Positions 26,798-38,542 are shown, numbered from the stretch's first letter. The stretch is DNA of 64,000 nucleotides from Treponemataceae bacterium (GCA_963667725.2 CAXXHO010000005.1:320001-384000), one strand, 5' to 3'. Translations and numbers: made by a program. Notes: generated by a model not told the origin, from the letters alone.

Positions 26798-27810
26798 ACA
26801 CGGATGTCCTCGGTCCCGACGCGGAAGAACAGACGGTGAAAGGCGCCTTCGACGCCCTCTCCCCTTCCCTCATCCTCGAGGCGGTGGAAGCCGCTTTCGA
26901 CATCGTGCCCGATGGCAGCCTGACTCCCTATTCCAGCTACGTGAACCGGGTCTATGGCTTTCGCGCCGAGGATGGTCCGGAGTATGTCGTGAAGTTTTAT
27001 CGCCCGAGCCGCTGGACCGAGGAAGCCATCCTTGAAGAGCATCTCTTCCTCGACGACTGCGTGAAGGCCGAACTGCCCGTCGTGGCCCCCATGGAAGATT
27101 CTTCCGGCTCGACCCTGCCCGCCGTCGAAATCGAAGGCGAGGCCGAAGCCTTCTTCTTCGCGCTTTTTCCCAAGCGCGGCGGCCGAAGCTTCGACGCCGA
27201 ATCGGAATCCGACTGGCTGAGGCTCGGCAGCCTCGCCGGCAGGCTTCACCTGGTCGGCGCCAAGCGCCAGGCGCCTTCGCGCGCTCGGCTGGGACCTGAG
27301 CTCGCTTTCTCCAATCTCGCCCTGGTCGAGCCTCTCGTCCATCCCGAGTTCAGGGCCGAGTTCTCCGACGCCTGCCGCGAAACGCTGGAGGGGACGGAAG
27401 AGCCAGTACGCGCCATAGCGCCCCGCAGGATCCACGGCGACCTCCACCGCGGCAACATCCTGGAGCGTCCGGGCGAAGGCCTCCTCCTCCTCGATTTCGA
27501 CGACATGATGACAGGGCCGCCCATCCAGGACCTCTGGCTTCTCCTCCCGGGACGAGCCTCGGACTGCGCCCGCGAACTGTCCCTTCTCGTGGAGGGCTAT
27601 TCGGAGTTTTCCGAGCTGGAATCGGGAAGCGTCGCCCTTATAGAGACCCTGCGTTTCTACAGGATGCTCCATTTCCTCGCGTGGCGATCCCTCCAGCGCG
27701 ACGACAACTGGTTCAAGCGAGACTTCCCCGACTGGGGCAGCCGCTCGTTCTGGATACGGGAGCTGGAGGATTTCCGCGACCAGTCGCGGATCGTGGCGGA
27801 TTTGGCTTAA
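26794..27810 (+). CDS. srkA: Ser/Thr protein kinase, SrkA/RdoA (YihE) family
   Basis: SYVNRVY, KFYRP.RW, IHGDLHRGNIL, DFDD and PIQDLW. GTGA overlap with the ABC-F stop. Confidence 0.9.
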   Translation: MNTDVLGPDAEEQTVKGAFDALSPSLILEAVEAAFDIVPDGSLTPYSSYVNRVYGFRAEDGPEYVVKFYRPSRWTEEAILEEHLFLDDCVKAELPVVAPMEDSSGSTLPAVEIEGEAEAFFFALFPKRGGRSFDAESESDWLRLGSLAGRLHLVGAKRQAPSRARLGPELAFSNLALVEPLVHPEFRAEFSDACRETLEGTEEPVRAIAPRRIHGDLHRGNILERPGEGLLLLDFDDMMTGPPIQDLWLLLPGRASDCARELSLLVEGYSEFSELESGSVALIETLRFYRMLHFLAWRSLQRDDNWFKRDFPDWGSRSFWIRELEDFRDQSRIVADLA

Positions 27811-27817
27811 GGCAGCG

Positions 27818-27882
27818 GGCGGCGCCAAACCCGCCATCGACGTCCGGCCAGTTACCGCGACGGCGCCCGATTTGGCGCCGCC
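27818..27882. repeat. 12-bp inverted repeat between convergent genes (terminator-like)
   Basis: GGCGGCGCCAAA (27818-27829) and TTTGGCGCCGCC (27871-27882). Confidence 0.5.
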
Positions 27883-27888
27883 GCGCCG

Positions 27889-28773
27889 TTATTTCAATGG
27901 AACCCAGTATTCGCACCAATAGTCATTGGCTTCCATGTCGGGAAGATCGGGGTAGAACTCGATCTCCGGCGTCCCCGCGTGTTCGCGTCCCGAAGAGGGG
28001 AACCATTCCGTATAGATCCGCTTGATCAGGTCCTGAAAATTCTTGCTCAAGGGGCCGCGCGAGGTGAACTTGGCCCATGTCGATGCCGGCACGACGATTT
28101 CCTCGCAGCCGGCAGGCAGTCCCGAGGGGTCGGCGGGCGTTTCCACCGCGATGCTATAGGTGAAATCGCCGGTTTGATCGTCGCAGGAGTGACAGACGCC
28201 GCATACGCCCACCCTGCTCTTCGCGGCGCTTTTGCAGAGCTTCCCGAACCGGCCGTCCTTCATGGTTTCGGTCCAGAAGGCCGGTATGGCCTTGAAGCTC
28301 GTTCCATCGCCGCCGTTAGCCCTGATACTGAGGCCGCTCAGCCTGTACTCGGGGCCCTTTTCGATCCTGAATTCCATGGCTTTATCTCCTTTGAGAGCGA
28401 CCGTGAAGGAAATCCTGGAGAAGGTGTGGAGCCTGGTTCCCGGCATCCTGGCTTCGCTCGGAAGGCAGCCGAACTCGCGCTTGAACGCTCTCGCGAAAGC
28501 GTCCGGCGAGTCATAGCCGAATTCCATGGCGATGTCGATGATCCGGTCGGATCCGCGGGCCTCGCTTCCGGACGCCAGCTCGAGGGCCGCCATCGAAAGC
28601 CGCCTCCGCCTCAGGTATTCGGCCGATCCCAGCCCGGTCACCACCTCGAACATCCTCATGAAATGAAAGGTTGAGCAGTTGGCCCGCGCGGCCACGCTTC
28701 TCATATCGATCTCATCCCTCAAGTGATCCTCGAGGTAGTCGAGAGCCCTTTCCATCCGCGTCTGCCAGTCCAC
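27889..28773 (-). CDS. AraC family regulator with C-terminal GyrI-like effector domain
   Basis: ALDYLEDHL, FHFMRMF, IAMEFGYDSPDAFARAFKREFG, and C-terminal RIYTEWFP..GRE...PEIEFY. AAGGAG RBS before GTG 28773. Confidence 0.9.
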   Translation of the reverse strand: MDWQTRMERALDYLEDHLRDEIDMRSVAARANCSTFHFMRMFEVVTGLGSAEYLRRRRLSMAALELASGSEARGSDRIIDIAMEFGYDSPDAFARAFKREFGCLPSEARMPGTRLHTFSRISFTVALKGDKAMEFRIEKGPEYRLSGLSIRANGGDGTSFKAIPAFWTETMKDGRFGKLCKSAAKSRVGVCGVCHSCDDQTGDFTYSIAVETPADPSGLPAGCEEIVVPASTWAKFTSRGPLSKNFQDLIKRIYTEWFPSSGREHAGTPEIEFYPDLPDMEANDYWCEYWVPLK

Positions 28774-28802
28774 CTTGATCTCCTTCCGTCGTCTCGGGGT
28801 CA

Positions 28803-30221
28803 CTATAACGACGTTTCAGGCATCATTCCCGACTTTTCCTGTCGAGTCCGGCCGGATTCGTCGGTTCCGATGACGGAGACCCATTTCACGCGCGCTATGA
28901 GAATGACGGCGAGGATCGCGGCCGCGTAGTTCGAGAAGAGATTGCCCCAGAAAACCGAATAGTAGCCGAGAGAACTCTCGGTCAGGAGGATGAAGACGTA
29001 ACGCAGGAGCCAGATGCGCAGGAATCCCAGCACGAGCGGCACCTTGGTGCGCCCGAGTCCGATGAAGGCGCCCTGGATCGTCATGCAGAGGCCGAATCCG
29101 ACAACCGAATAGGTGTAGATGTGAAGCGCCCTGTTCGCTATCTCAAGCACGTCGGCCTGTCGCGTGAAGAGGATGGTGAGGCGGGAAGAGAGCGGCACGA
29201 TGATCGCGATGACGACGACAGCCGTCGCCGCGCTTATGGCGCAGCCGGCGATGCAGGAACGCTTGGCCTTCTCGGGCTTGCCGGCGCCGATATTCATGCT
29301 CACCATGGTGGTCACCGCCGCGCTGAAGGCTCCCGGGAGGTTGAAGCAGACCGCGGAGATATTGCTCGCGATTCCCTGGCCGTTCAGGACGACGGGACCG
29401 TATTTCTGGGTTTCGCTGTTGATGAGGTAGAAGCCGAGGTTGAGGAGGAATGAATTGAGCATCGCCGGAAAGCCTATCCGCGCGAGCCGCTTCAGTATCG
29501 TCATCTCGAAGCGGAAGCCTTTGATTTCGAGGCGGTCCGGACTTTTCTTCACGAAGAGCTCATGGAACATCCACGCCGTTATGGCGACATTCGCGAGGAG
29601 GGAAGAAAGGGCGCAGCCGACGATACCGAGCCGGAACAGGTAGATGAAGAGGAAGTTGAAGACGATCTTGAGGACGAGCATGAGGATCATGCGGATGAAG
29701 GGAGCTTCGGGCCGGCCGTTCGCGTTCTTTATCCCGTTGTATATCGATTCCATGAAGGAAAAGGGCAGCACGAGGGCGTAGAGGGAGAGATACAGGAAGA
29801 CATTGCGGGATATCTGGGCGTCCACCGTGCGCGAAATGACGGCGCCGAGCCCGACCAGGATCGGGGCCGAGAGGAGGCCGAGCACCGAGCCGGCCACCAC
29901 TATCTGCGAGGAAGTACGCTTCGATTCGGCGAAATTGCCCTTGCCGTTGAGCTGGCCGATGATGGCCATCGCGGCCACGCTCAATCCCTGGGCGAGGGCT
30001 GTCATCATATTGATCACCGGCTCGGAGAAGGTGACAGCGCTGGCGACCAGCGTCCCCGAGACATTGTTGATGAACAGTCCGTCCATCAGAGGCATGAGTG
30101 ACTGCACAAGCCCGAGCATGAGGCTGGGCACGGCCAGGAACAGTACGGTGCGGGAGATCGGGCCATTCAGTATGAGATCACGGCGCTGGGCTGTGGACTG
30201 TTCGAAGAACTTCAGATGCAT
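28803..30221 (-). CDS. MATE family efflux transporter
   Basis: GPISR...LAVP, DGLFI, IGQ.NG and SMNIGAG; about 12 TM helices. Confidence 0.9.
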   Translation of the reverse strand: MHLKFFEQSTAQRRDLILNGPISRTVLFLAVPSLMLGLVQSLMPLMDGLFINNVSGTLVASAVTFSEPVINMMTALAQGLSVAAMAIIGQLNGKGNFAESKRTSSQIVVAGSVLGLLSAPILVGLGAVISRTVDAQISRNVFLYLSLYALVLPFSFMESIYNGIKNANGRPEAPFIRMILMLVLKIVFNFLFIYLFRLGIVGCALSSLLANVAITAWMFHELFVKKSPDRLEIKGFRFEMTILKRLARIGFPAMLNSFLLNLGFYLINSETQKYGPVVLNGQGIASNISAVCFNLPGAFSAAVTTMVSMNIGAGKPEKAKRSCIAGCAISAATAVVVIAIIVPLSSRLTILFTRQADVLEIANRALHIYTYSVVGFGLCMTIQGAFIGLGRTKVPLVLGFLRIWLLRYVFILLTESSLGYYSVFWGNLFSNYAAAILAVILIARVKWVSVIGTDESGRTRQEKSGMMPETSL

Positions 30222-30278
30222 CGTTAATCGATAATAACGCGGAGCGCTGTCATAAAGCTAGGCCGCGCTCCGCCGTTT

Positions 30279-32195
30279 TCACCGATGGATACTCACTATT
30301 GGGAGAAGGAGGCGCGAGGGATGGAGGCTGCCCAGGTGGAGCGTGTTCGTCGCGACGCGGAAGCCACGGCCCATTCCCTCGCCTTCCCCCGTATTCGGAT
30401 TCACGTCGAAATGGGGAAAATTGGAGCTGGAGATGTCGAGCCGGATCCTGTGGCCCTTCGCGAAGAGGTTGCTTGTGGGAAAGGCTTCCACCTTGATCTT
30501 GTAGGCCTTCCCCGCTTCCAGGAGCGAGGGAAGCTCCCAGGAATCACGGTAGCGCGCGCGAAATATGCCGTCGGTGACGTTCATCGCGAATCCGCGAGGA
30601 TAGTCTTCGCTGGGCGGATACTCGTCGATGAGTTTTATCGTGAAATCTGTGTCGGGACAATCCGAGGATACCCAGAGTTCGGCCTCGACGGGTCCCGTCA
30701 CCTCGCAGTCGGCTTCTAGCGGTTCCGTCTCGAAGACGAGGACGTCGGGGCGGGACGAGAGCGGGAGGAATGGCGGCTCGCAGCCGAAAATCCTTTCGTT
30801 CTCCACTTGGTCGTAGGCGCCGCCGCGCATCACGGGTTCGCCCGAGGTAATCGTGCCGCCGATCGAAGGCACGGGGTTGGATGGATCGTAGCGATAGCTG
30901 ATCGAGATTGGCGTGGCGCTTAGCGCCATGCCGGGCGCCGCGTTGGAAGCCGCGCCAGAGAGCGCGCCGGGAGCCGCTTCGGTCAGGCGGCCGTCGGCTT
31001 CAAGATAGAAACTGCGCGGCCGCATCTCCGGCAATGGCCAGTCCGAGGCTTCCATCCACCTTCCGCCGTGCTCGAGCCTTCCCTGCGGATTCTTTCGTCC
31101 CGAACCGCCGCCCATGCGGAAATAGCGGACCCGCGGATCGGTCTCAGCGCCATTGTCAGCGCCCTTGAGCCAGCGGTCGAACCACCTAAGGCGCAACTCC
31201 AGGAAATTTTCGGCCACATTGCCTTCAAGCGTGGCGGCGATGCCGAAATCGACGTCCCCCGCGTAGGTAAGGCAGCGGTCCCCGTGCGTCCAGGGCCCCA
31301 GGATGAGGGCGAGCGGCCCCTTGCCGCGTTTTTTCAGGTCGAGATAATTGTTCGTCGCCGTACGCGGATAGGGGTCGAACCAGCTCGACATATGGACCAT
31401 CGGGATATCGGCGAACCCCTCCATGAAAGCCTTGGAGCAGATGCCCAGCTTTTTCCAGAATTCATCGTAGTCGCCGTGCGTCCACTGTTCGAGAAGATAC
31501 TCCTCAAATTCGGGGACCCAGCGAAGCGGCGATTGGCCCTTGCGCCAGGGAAGGCGCGAAAACCAGGCGGCGATGTTTTTCATCTCGGCGTCGAGGGCTG
31601 AGCGGACGAGAGGGTTGCTCGCGGCTTCAGGGCTTTGCTGCGCCTGGCGGATCGCCCAGGTGGCCTGCTTCAGCTCGAAAGCGCCGCCCTGCCTGATGCC
31701 GCCCTGGTAGGCATCGTGGAATCCCCCGGAGTCCACGAACATCGCCGCGAGAGAGGGCGGCGCGAGGCAGGCAGCCGCCACCTGCGTATGGGCGGCATAG
31801 GAAAGTCCCATAGTCCCCACCTTGCCGTCGCACCAGTCCTGCGCGGCGATCCACGCGATGGTATCGAAACCATCTTCGCCCTCGGATAGATATTTCGTGA
31901 AACGACCCTCGGAGCGGTGGGTGCCGCGGCAGTCCTGGTAGACGAAGGCGTAACCTCGCGCGGTGAAGAATGCCGCGACCTCGGCCCTCCTGAGGGGTAC
32001 CTGATCGGTTACGCTGCGTTCGGATCGGGATGGCGCAGTCTTGTCGTAAGGCGTTCGCTCGAGGATGACGGGAAAAGGCCCCGCCAGGGCCCGGCCGGCT
32101 TCGGCCGGCAGGTAGATGTCGGTGGCGAGGCGGACGCCGTCGCGCATCGGGACCATGACGTCGGAATGGAGCGAATATGGCTTCGCGCTTTCCAT
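30279..32195 (-). CDS. CocE/NonD family (S15) serine hydrolase, no signal peptide
   Basis: VPMRDGVRLATDIY, RTPY, QDCRG...SEG, GLSY nucleophile elbow, WFD, GPWTH and GHRIRLDISSSNFP. GGAGG RBS before ATG 32195. Confidence 0.93.
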   Translation of the reverse strand: MESAKPYSLHSDVMVPMRDGVRLATDIYLPAEAGRALAGPFPVILERTPYDKTAPSRSERSVTDQVPLRRAEVAAFFTARGYAFVYQDCRGTHRSEGRFTKYLSEGEDGFDTIAWIAAQDWCDGKVGTMGLSYAAHTQVAAACLAPPSLAAMFVDSGGFHDAYQGGIRQGGAFELKQATWAIRQAQQSPEAASNPLVRSALDAEMKNIAAWFSRLPWRKGQSPLRWVPEFEEYLLEQWTHGDYDEFWKKLGICSKAFMEGFADIPMVHMSSWFDPYPRTATNNYLDLKKRGKGPLALILGPWTHGDRCLTYAGDVDFGIAATLEGNVAENFLELRLRWFDRWLKGADNGAETDPRVRYFRMGGGSGRKNPQGRLEHGGRWMEASDWPLPEMRPRSFYLEADGRLTEAAPGALSGAASNAAPGMALSATPISISYRYDPSNPVPSIGGTITSGEPVMRGGAYDQVENERIFGCEPPFLPLSSRPDVLVFETEPLEADCEVTGPVEAELWVSSDCPDTDFTIKLIDEYPPSEDYPRGFAMNVTDGIFRARYRDSWELPSLLEAGKAYKIKVEAFPTSNLFAKGHRIRLDISSSNFPHFDVNPNTGEGEGMGRGFRVATNTLHLGSLHPSRLLLPIVSIHR

Positions 32196-32212
32196 GGAAA
32201 TCGCCTCCGCGC

Positions 32213-33237
<1,025 letters not shown>

Positions 33238-33241
<4 letters not shown>

Positions 33242-34221
33242 ACCGGCTCCTCCTCGGGATGCGGATGGAAGCAGCGGCAGCGATGTCCCTCGCCCAGGAC
33301 GGTTTCGCCGGGATCCCGAGCGCATTGTCCGTCGGCGCGGGGACAGCGGGCCTGGAAGGCGCAGCCCTCTCCCAGGGAGAGCGGCGAAGGCATCATGCCT
33401 GGTATCTGGTAGAGTTCGCTGCCTTTCTGCGCACGGGACGGCACGGAGCGGATGAGGCCGCGGGTATAGGGATGCCTTGGATGGTCGAGGATCTCGTCCA
33501 CACTTCCGCTTTCGACGATCTTGCCCGCGTACATGACGCAGATTTTGTCGGCGAGCCCCGCGACCACGGAGAGGTCGTGGGTGATCCAGATCAGCGAGGT
33601 GCCCGAATCGACACAGAGCCCGCGCATTTCATGGAGAATCTGCGCCTGTATCGTGACGTCCAGGGCCGTGGTCGGCTCGTCCGCTATGATGAGGGCGGGA
33701 TGGTTCAGGAGGGCTATGGCGATGCAGACGCGCTGGCGCATGCCGCCCGAAAACTGGTGGGGATAGGCCGCGAGCCTTTCCGCCGCCGCGGGAATGCCTA
33801 CTTTCTCGAGCGCTTCGACGCTGCGCCGTCTCGCTTCCGCCTTGTCCACGTTATTGTGGGCCAGCACGGCTTCGACCATCTGCGTCTCAATGCGCAAGAC
33901 GGGGTTGAGCGTCATGAGGGGGTCCTGGAAGATCGCGGCCACGGCCGAGCCGCGGAGCGATCTGCGGCGTTCCTCGGTGCAGGTGCGCAGGTCCTCGCCT
34001 TTGAAGGCGATGCGTCCGTCCACTACTTTTCCGGGACTGTCCACGAGGCCGAGGATCGAGAAGCCGGTCACGCTCTTGCCCGATCCGGATTCGCCCACGA
34101 GGCCCATTATTTCGCCGGGACGTAGCGAGAACGATACATCGTCCACCGCTTTAACGATCCCGGCCTTGGTGAAGAAGTGGGTCTTGAGGCCTTCCACTTC
34201 GAGCGTCATCGTATCGTTCAT
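33238..34221 (-). CDS. dppD: Oligopeptide/dipeptide ABC transporter ATPase (DppD/OppD)
   Basis: [28 protein letters not shown] and GCAFQARC. Confidence 0.92.
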
Positions 34222-35129
34222 CGTTTCAACCTCGGATTGAGTACGTCGCGCAGGCGGTCGCCCATCATGTTGAGCGCGACGATCACCACGACAAGGGCTA
34301 TGCCGGGGTAGAAGCTTATCCAGTATTTACCGGAGAGGAGGTAGCGGAATCCGTTGGAGATGAGAAGCCCGAGCGAGGGTTCCGTTATGGGGAGGCCTAT
34401 GCCGAGGAAGCTCAGGGTCGCTTCCGTGGAGATGGCCCTGGCCACCATCGTCGTAGCGATGACGATGATCGAGGGCATGACGTTGGGCATGAGGTGGCGG
34501 AATATTATGCGCAGGTCGCCGAGGCGCAGCGCCCGCGCCGCCTCGATGTACTCTCTGTTGCGCTCGGCCATCGCGCTTCCGCGCGCGGCGCGGGCGAAAT
34601 ATGCCCAGTGCACGATCACGAGGGCGAGCGTGATCTTGTCTACGCCCTGTCCGAGCACGACGAGAAGCACGAGGGCGATGAGCAGGGCGGGAAAGCTCAG
34701 CTGGAGGTCGACCACGCGCATCAGCAGGGTTTCGAAGCGGCCGCCTTTATAGGCCGCGATGAGCCCCAGCGACGTGCCGAAGACGAAGGCGATGATCGTA
34801 CTGATGACGCCTACCGACAGGCTTATCCGCAAGCCATAGAGAATGGCCGAGAGCATGTCCCTGCCCTGCTCATCCGTGCCGAGCAGATAGGTGGAACCCG
34901 AAAAGCTTTTGGAAAGCGGCGGCAGGGTGCCGTCCAGGAGATCGAGCGTCGCGAGGTTGTAAGGGTTCTGGGGAGAGATGACGCTCGCGAAGATGGCCGC
35001 GAGAACGAATACAAGCACGACGAAGAAAGCGATCACGGCCGAGCTGCTCTCGCAGTATTCGGCTATCGCCTTCCCCAAGGGGCGATCCTTGAAAGGTACC
35101 GACGAAGAAGTCTTGTCAGTCTTTTTCAT
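34218..35129 (-). CDS. dppC: Peptide ABC transporter permease (DppC/OppC)
   Basis: LGTDEQGRD, EYIEAARAL, LSFLG.G and GD.LRD.LNP. Confidence 0.92.
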   Translation of the reverse strand: MKKTDKTSSSVPFKDRPLGKAIAEYCESSSAVIAFFVVLVFVLAAIFASVISPQNPYNLATLDLLDGTLPPLSKSFSGSTYLLGTDEQGRDMLSAILYGLRISLSVGVISTIIAFVFGTSLGLIAAYKGGRFETLLMRVVDLQLSFPALLIALVLLVVLGQGVDKITLALVIVHWAYFARAARGSAMAERNREYIEAARALRLGDLRIIFRHLMPNVMPSIIVIATTMVARAISTEATLSFLGIGLPITEPSLGLLISNGFRYLLSGKYWISFYPGIALVVVIVALNMMGDRLRDVLNPRLKR

Positions 35130-36100
35130 CGGCGTTCCTCCAGGCGGACTCTGGGATCGAGCGCCGAATAGATGATGTCGACGATAAGGTTGATGATGAT
35201 GAACATCACCACGATCATCATGAGGTAGGCCACGATTACCGGCCTATCGAGGACGGAAATGCTGTCTATAATCAACTTGCCCATTCCCGGCCAGGCGAAA
35301 ATAGTCTCGGTGACTGTCGCGAAGGCTATGGTCCTTCCGAATTCGAGTCCCAGCACCGTTGTTATGGGAATGAGGGTATTCTTGAGCACGTGGACGAAGA
35401 TGATCCTGGCCGGTTTCAGTCCCTTTGCCTTGGCGTATTTCACGTAGTCGCTGCGGATGACTTCCTGCGTTCCGGCGCGCGTCAGCCTGATAATGAGGGA
35501 AAGCTTGAAGCAGGCGAGGTTGAATGCGGGCAATATCATGTGCTTGATGCCGTCCCAGGTGAGAAAACTCACTTGGATGCCCAGGAAATTCACCGTCTCT
35601 CCTCGCCCCGACGCGGGAAGCCATCCGAGGAATACGGCGAAAACGAGCACCATCATGAGTCCGAGCCAGAAGGCCGGCACCGAGAAGCCGAATGCCGAAA
35701 ACCCCATGATGAGCTTGCTCGATAGTGCGTTCGGCTTGAAGCCGGAATAGAGCCCGAGGGGTACGCCGACGAAAATCGTGAGAAGAAGAGCCGCGAAGGC
35801 GAGTTCCAGCGTCGCTGGAACCCTTTCCGAAATCAGCTTAAGCGCTGGTTCGTTGAACTTGAAGGATCGGCCCAGGTCTCCATGGAGAGCGTTGACCAGG
35901 AACTTTCCGTATTGAACATAAAGCGGTTTGTCGAGGCCGAACGATTGTATGACCTCGATGCGCTCGGCTTCGGTCGCTTCCGGGGAAATGAGAACGTCGG
36001 CCGGGTTTCCTATGGCATAGACGCCCAGGAAGACCAGCAGCGACATCACTAATACGAGGAGTATGCTCTGCAGGAGTCTCCTGATTATGAAAACGGCCAC
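35126..36100 (-). CDS. dppB: Peptide ABC transporter permease (DppB/OppB)
   Basis: GLDKPLYVQY, GDLGRS, DYV..AKAKG, ETIFAWPG and LDPRVR. Confidence 0.92.
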   Translation of the reverse strand: MAVFIIRRLLQSILLVLVMSLLVFLGVYAIGNPADVLISPEATEAERIEVIQSFGLDKPLYVQYGKFLVNALHGDLGRSFKFNEPALKLISERVPATLELAFAALLLTIFVGVPLGLYSGFKPNALSSKLIMGFSAFGFSVPAFWLGLMMVLVFAVFLGWLPASGRGETVNFLGIQVSFLTWDGIKHMILPAFNLACFKLSLIIRLTRAGTQEVIRSDYVKYAKAKGLKPARIIFVHVLKNTLIPITTVLGLEFGRTIAFATVTETIFAWPGMGKLIIDSISVLDRPVIVAYLMMIVVMFIIINLIVDIIYSALDPRVRLEERR

Positions 36101-36171
36101 GGTATAATGTTCCTTTCCGCATCGGGCGGCGCGAAGCCCCTTGGCTCCCCGCCGCCGCGCGGATCATGAAG

Positions 36172-37770
36172 TTATTTTATCGGAGCGACATAGTTGGCGA
36201 GCGTGTACTCGTCCATCCTCGGCTCGTAGGTGATTCCCTTTCGAAGCGCCCATGTCGTGGTCTGGTAATAGAGGGGAAGAATCGCGTGATCCTTTACAAA
36301 AGCGACGCGCGCGGCATCCTGGAGATAGCCTTCGCGTTTGGCGTCGTCGTCGGTAGCGGCAGCCGCCTTGATGAAGCGGTCGAACTCCGGGTTGGAATAT
36401 CGACCGCGATTATTGGCGCCAAGGCCGGCTGCCGTGTCGAAGGTGGCGAGAACGGCCGTCATGCCGCGAGCCGCGTCGCCCGTCGTGTTGCCGAATCCCA
36501 TCAGGAAAATACTATATTCGAGCTTGGTGGCCGCCGTGCCGAAAACGCTGTAGGGCAGCGCCTGAACCTTGATGTCGATGCCAATCCTCGCGAAAAACTG
36601 GCCGATAGTCTGCGCTACCTGTTCGTCATTGAGATAGCGGTCGTTGGGAGAATGGAGGGTAAGCGAGAATCCGTTCGGATAGCCGGCTTCGGCGAGAAGT
36701 TTCTTGGCTTTCTCGACGTCATAGGGATCGGGAAGGATATCGGGAGCATAGCCGATCATGCCTTCCGGCACGAACTGTCCGGCAACCACGGCCGCGCCGT
36801 TCAGCACTCTTTCGACGAGGGCTTCGCGGTTGATGGCGAGGGAGAGAGCCTCGCGTACCTTCGGATCCTTGAGGGGGTTCCTGTCGAGGGGCTTGCCGTC
36901 CTTGCCCGCCACGAAGGGGGATTTATCCCTATTAGAATCCATATGGATGTACATCATGGTAGCGGCCGGCTTGGAGAGGAGGCTCACCCGCGCGTCTTTT
37001 CTCAGCCTGTCCTGGTCCACGGGGGAAACTTGGTCGATGATATCGACATCGCCGGCCAGAAGGGCCGCGACGCGCGATGGATCGTTGGTGATCGGGCGGA
37101 AAATGACGCGGTCGTAGGAGGATTTCCTGCCCCAGTACATCGGGTTTTTCTCGAGCACGAGCCTGTCGCCCCTGACCCATTCCGCGAACTTGAAAGGTCC
37201 CGTTCCCACGACGTATTTACCCTTGTTGAAGTCATCGATGCTCGCATCGAGAGGCGTAGTCGAAGGAAGAACATAGACGAATGAAAGATCCAGGGGAAGC
37301 TGGGGCTGGGCCGTCTTGAGAAGGATATGGACAGTGTAGTTGTTCACGGCCACCACATCCTTGATACCCGCTACGTTTCGCTTGTAGCTGGAAGGGGAAT
37401 CGGCCACGCGCGGTATGCGCTTGATGCTGAAGACTATGTCTTCGGCTCCGAAATCCTTGCCGTCATGGAACTTCACGCCCTGGCGCAGCTTCAGTTCCCA
37501 GGTAAGAGGATCTACGGCCTTCCATGATACGGCGAGACTCGGCGAAAGCTGGAGATTCTTGTCGCGTCCGACGATGGTTTCGAAAATCTGCTGGGATGCC
37601 TGCTGCGTCGCTCCCGTGGTGGAATACTGCGGATCCAGGGATGCGGGTTCGGTGGCAATGCCTATCTTCAAGACAGATTGCGCCCAGACGTTGCCTGTCA
37701 CGCATGCGAACATGACAAAAACAGCCAACGAAGCGATCATGCGCCGTTTCGATGCGATCTTTCCTTTCAT
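36172..37770 (-). CDS. Family 5 (peptide/nickel) ABC substrate-binding protein
   Basis: Signal peptide, SLDP, LRQGVKFHDG, GTGPFK, VREALSLAINR and AKKLLAEAGY. Confidence 0.92.
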   Translation of the reverse strand: MKGKIASKRRMIASLAVFVMFACVTGNVWAQSVLKIGIATEPASLDPQYSTTGATQQASQQIFETIVGRDKNLQLSPSLAVSWKAVDPLTWELKLRQGVKFHDGKDFGAEDIVFSIKRIPRVADSPSSYKRNVAGIKDVVAVNNYTVHILLKTAQPQLPLDLSFVYVLPSTTPLDASIDDFNKGKYVVGTGPFKFAEWVRGDRLVLEKNPMYWGRKSSYDRVIFRPITNDPSRVAALLAGDVDIIDQVSPVDQDRLRKDARVSLLSKPAATMMYIHMDSNRDKSPFVAGKDGKPLDRNPLKDPKVREALSLAINREALVERVLNGAAVVAGQFVPEGMIGYAPDILPDPYDVEKAKKLLAEAGYPNGFSLTLHSPNDRYLNDEQVAQTIGQFFARIGIDIKVQALPYSVFGTAATKLEYSIFLMGFGNTTGDAARGMTAVLATFDTAAGLGANNRGRYSNPEFDRFIKAAAATDDDAKREGYLQDAARVAFVKDHAILPLYYQTTTWALRKGITYEPRMDEYTLANYVAPIK

Positions 37771-37885
37771 TGTCGATCCTCCTGAGTCGGCGAATTTCGC
37801 TTCTCGCCGAGATTATGGAAAATTCTAGGGTAGGTCGACCGGCAAGTATGTAGGAGCATGACAGAATATTCTGTAGGACAAAACC

Positions 37886-38542
37886 TTACACCCCGAGATC
37901 CTTTTTGCCATCGAAACCGGCCAGACCGCGGCGATACGCGTAATTAATAAGCTGGGCGTTGTTCTCGAGATTCATCTTCTCCAAAAGCCGGCTGCGATAC
38001 GTGCTCACGGTCTTGACGCTGAGGGATAGAATCTCGGCGATATCGCCCACGCTTTTACCGACAGCGAGAAAAGAGAAAATCTGGTACTCCCTGTCCGATA
38101 GCCGCTTGTGGGGCTCGTCGCTCCCCTTCGCTACGTCCTCAAGCAGAAGCTCGCTGGCCTTCGGGCTAAGATAGCGGTGCCCTGATATGACTGCTTTAAC
38201 GGCCTCGACGAGTTCCCCCGGATCGATGGCCTTATTGGCGCAGCCCGAAGCCCCCAACTTGAACGCCCGCAGCGCGTACTGTTCTTCCGGCAGAATGGTC
38301 AGAATGAGGATATGGGTCGAAGGATCGATGTCCTTGAGATCGCGGATGAGATCGAGGCCATCTCTTCCCGGCATAGAGAAATCCAGAATTACGAGATCGT
38401 AATGCCTGCCCCTGGCGAGGCCGAGGGCGGCAAAGCCGTCCTCGGCCTCATCGAAATGCGTAACGGAAAGGTTCTCCTCCAAAAGCTGACGCAGCCCTTT
38501 GCGTACGAGAAAATGATCGTCGGCAATCAGTATGCTCAACAC
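37886..38542 (-). CDS. NarL/LuxR family response regulator (UvrY/GacA-like)
   Basis: IADDH, LDFSMPG, GASG..K and LSDRE...LSVKTVSTYR. Confidence 0.93.
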   Translation of the reverse strand: MLSILIADDHFLVRKGLRQLLEENLSVTHFDEAEDGFAALGLARGRHYDLVILDFSMPGRDGLDLIRDLKDIDPSTHILILTILPEEQYALRAFKLGASGCANKAIDPGELVEAVKAVISGHRYLSPKASELLLEDVAKGSDEPHKRLSDREYQIFSFLAVGKSVGDIAEILSLSVKTVSTYRSRLLEKMNLENNAQLINYAYRRGLAGFDGKKDLGV

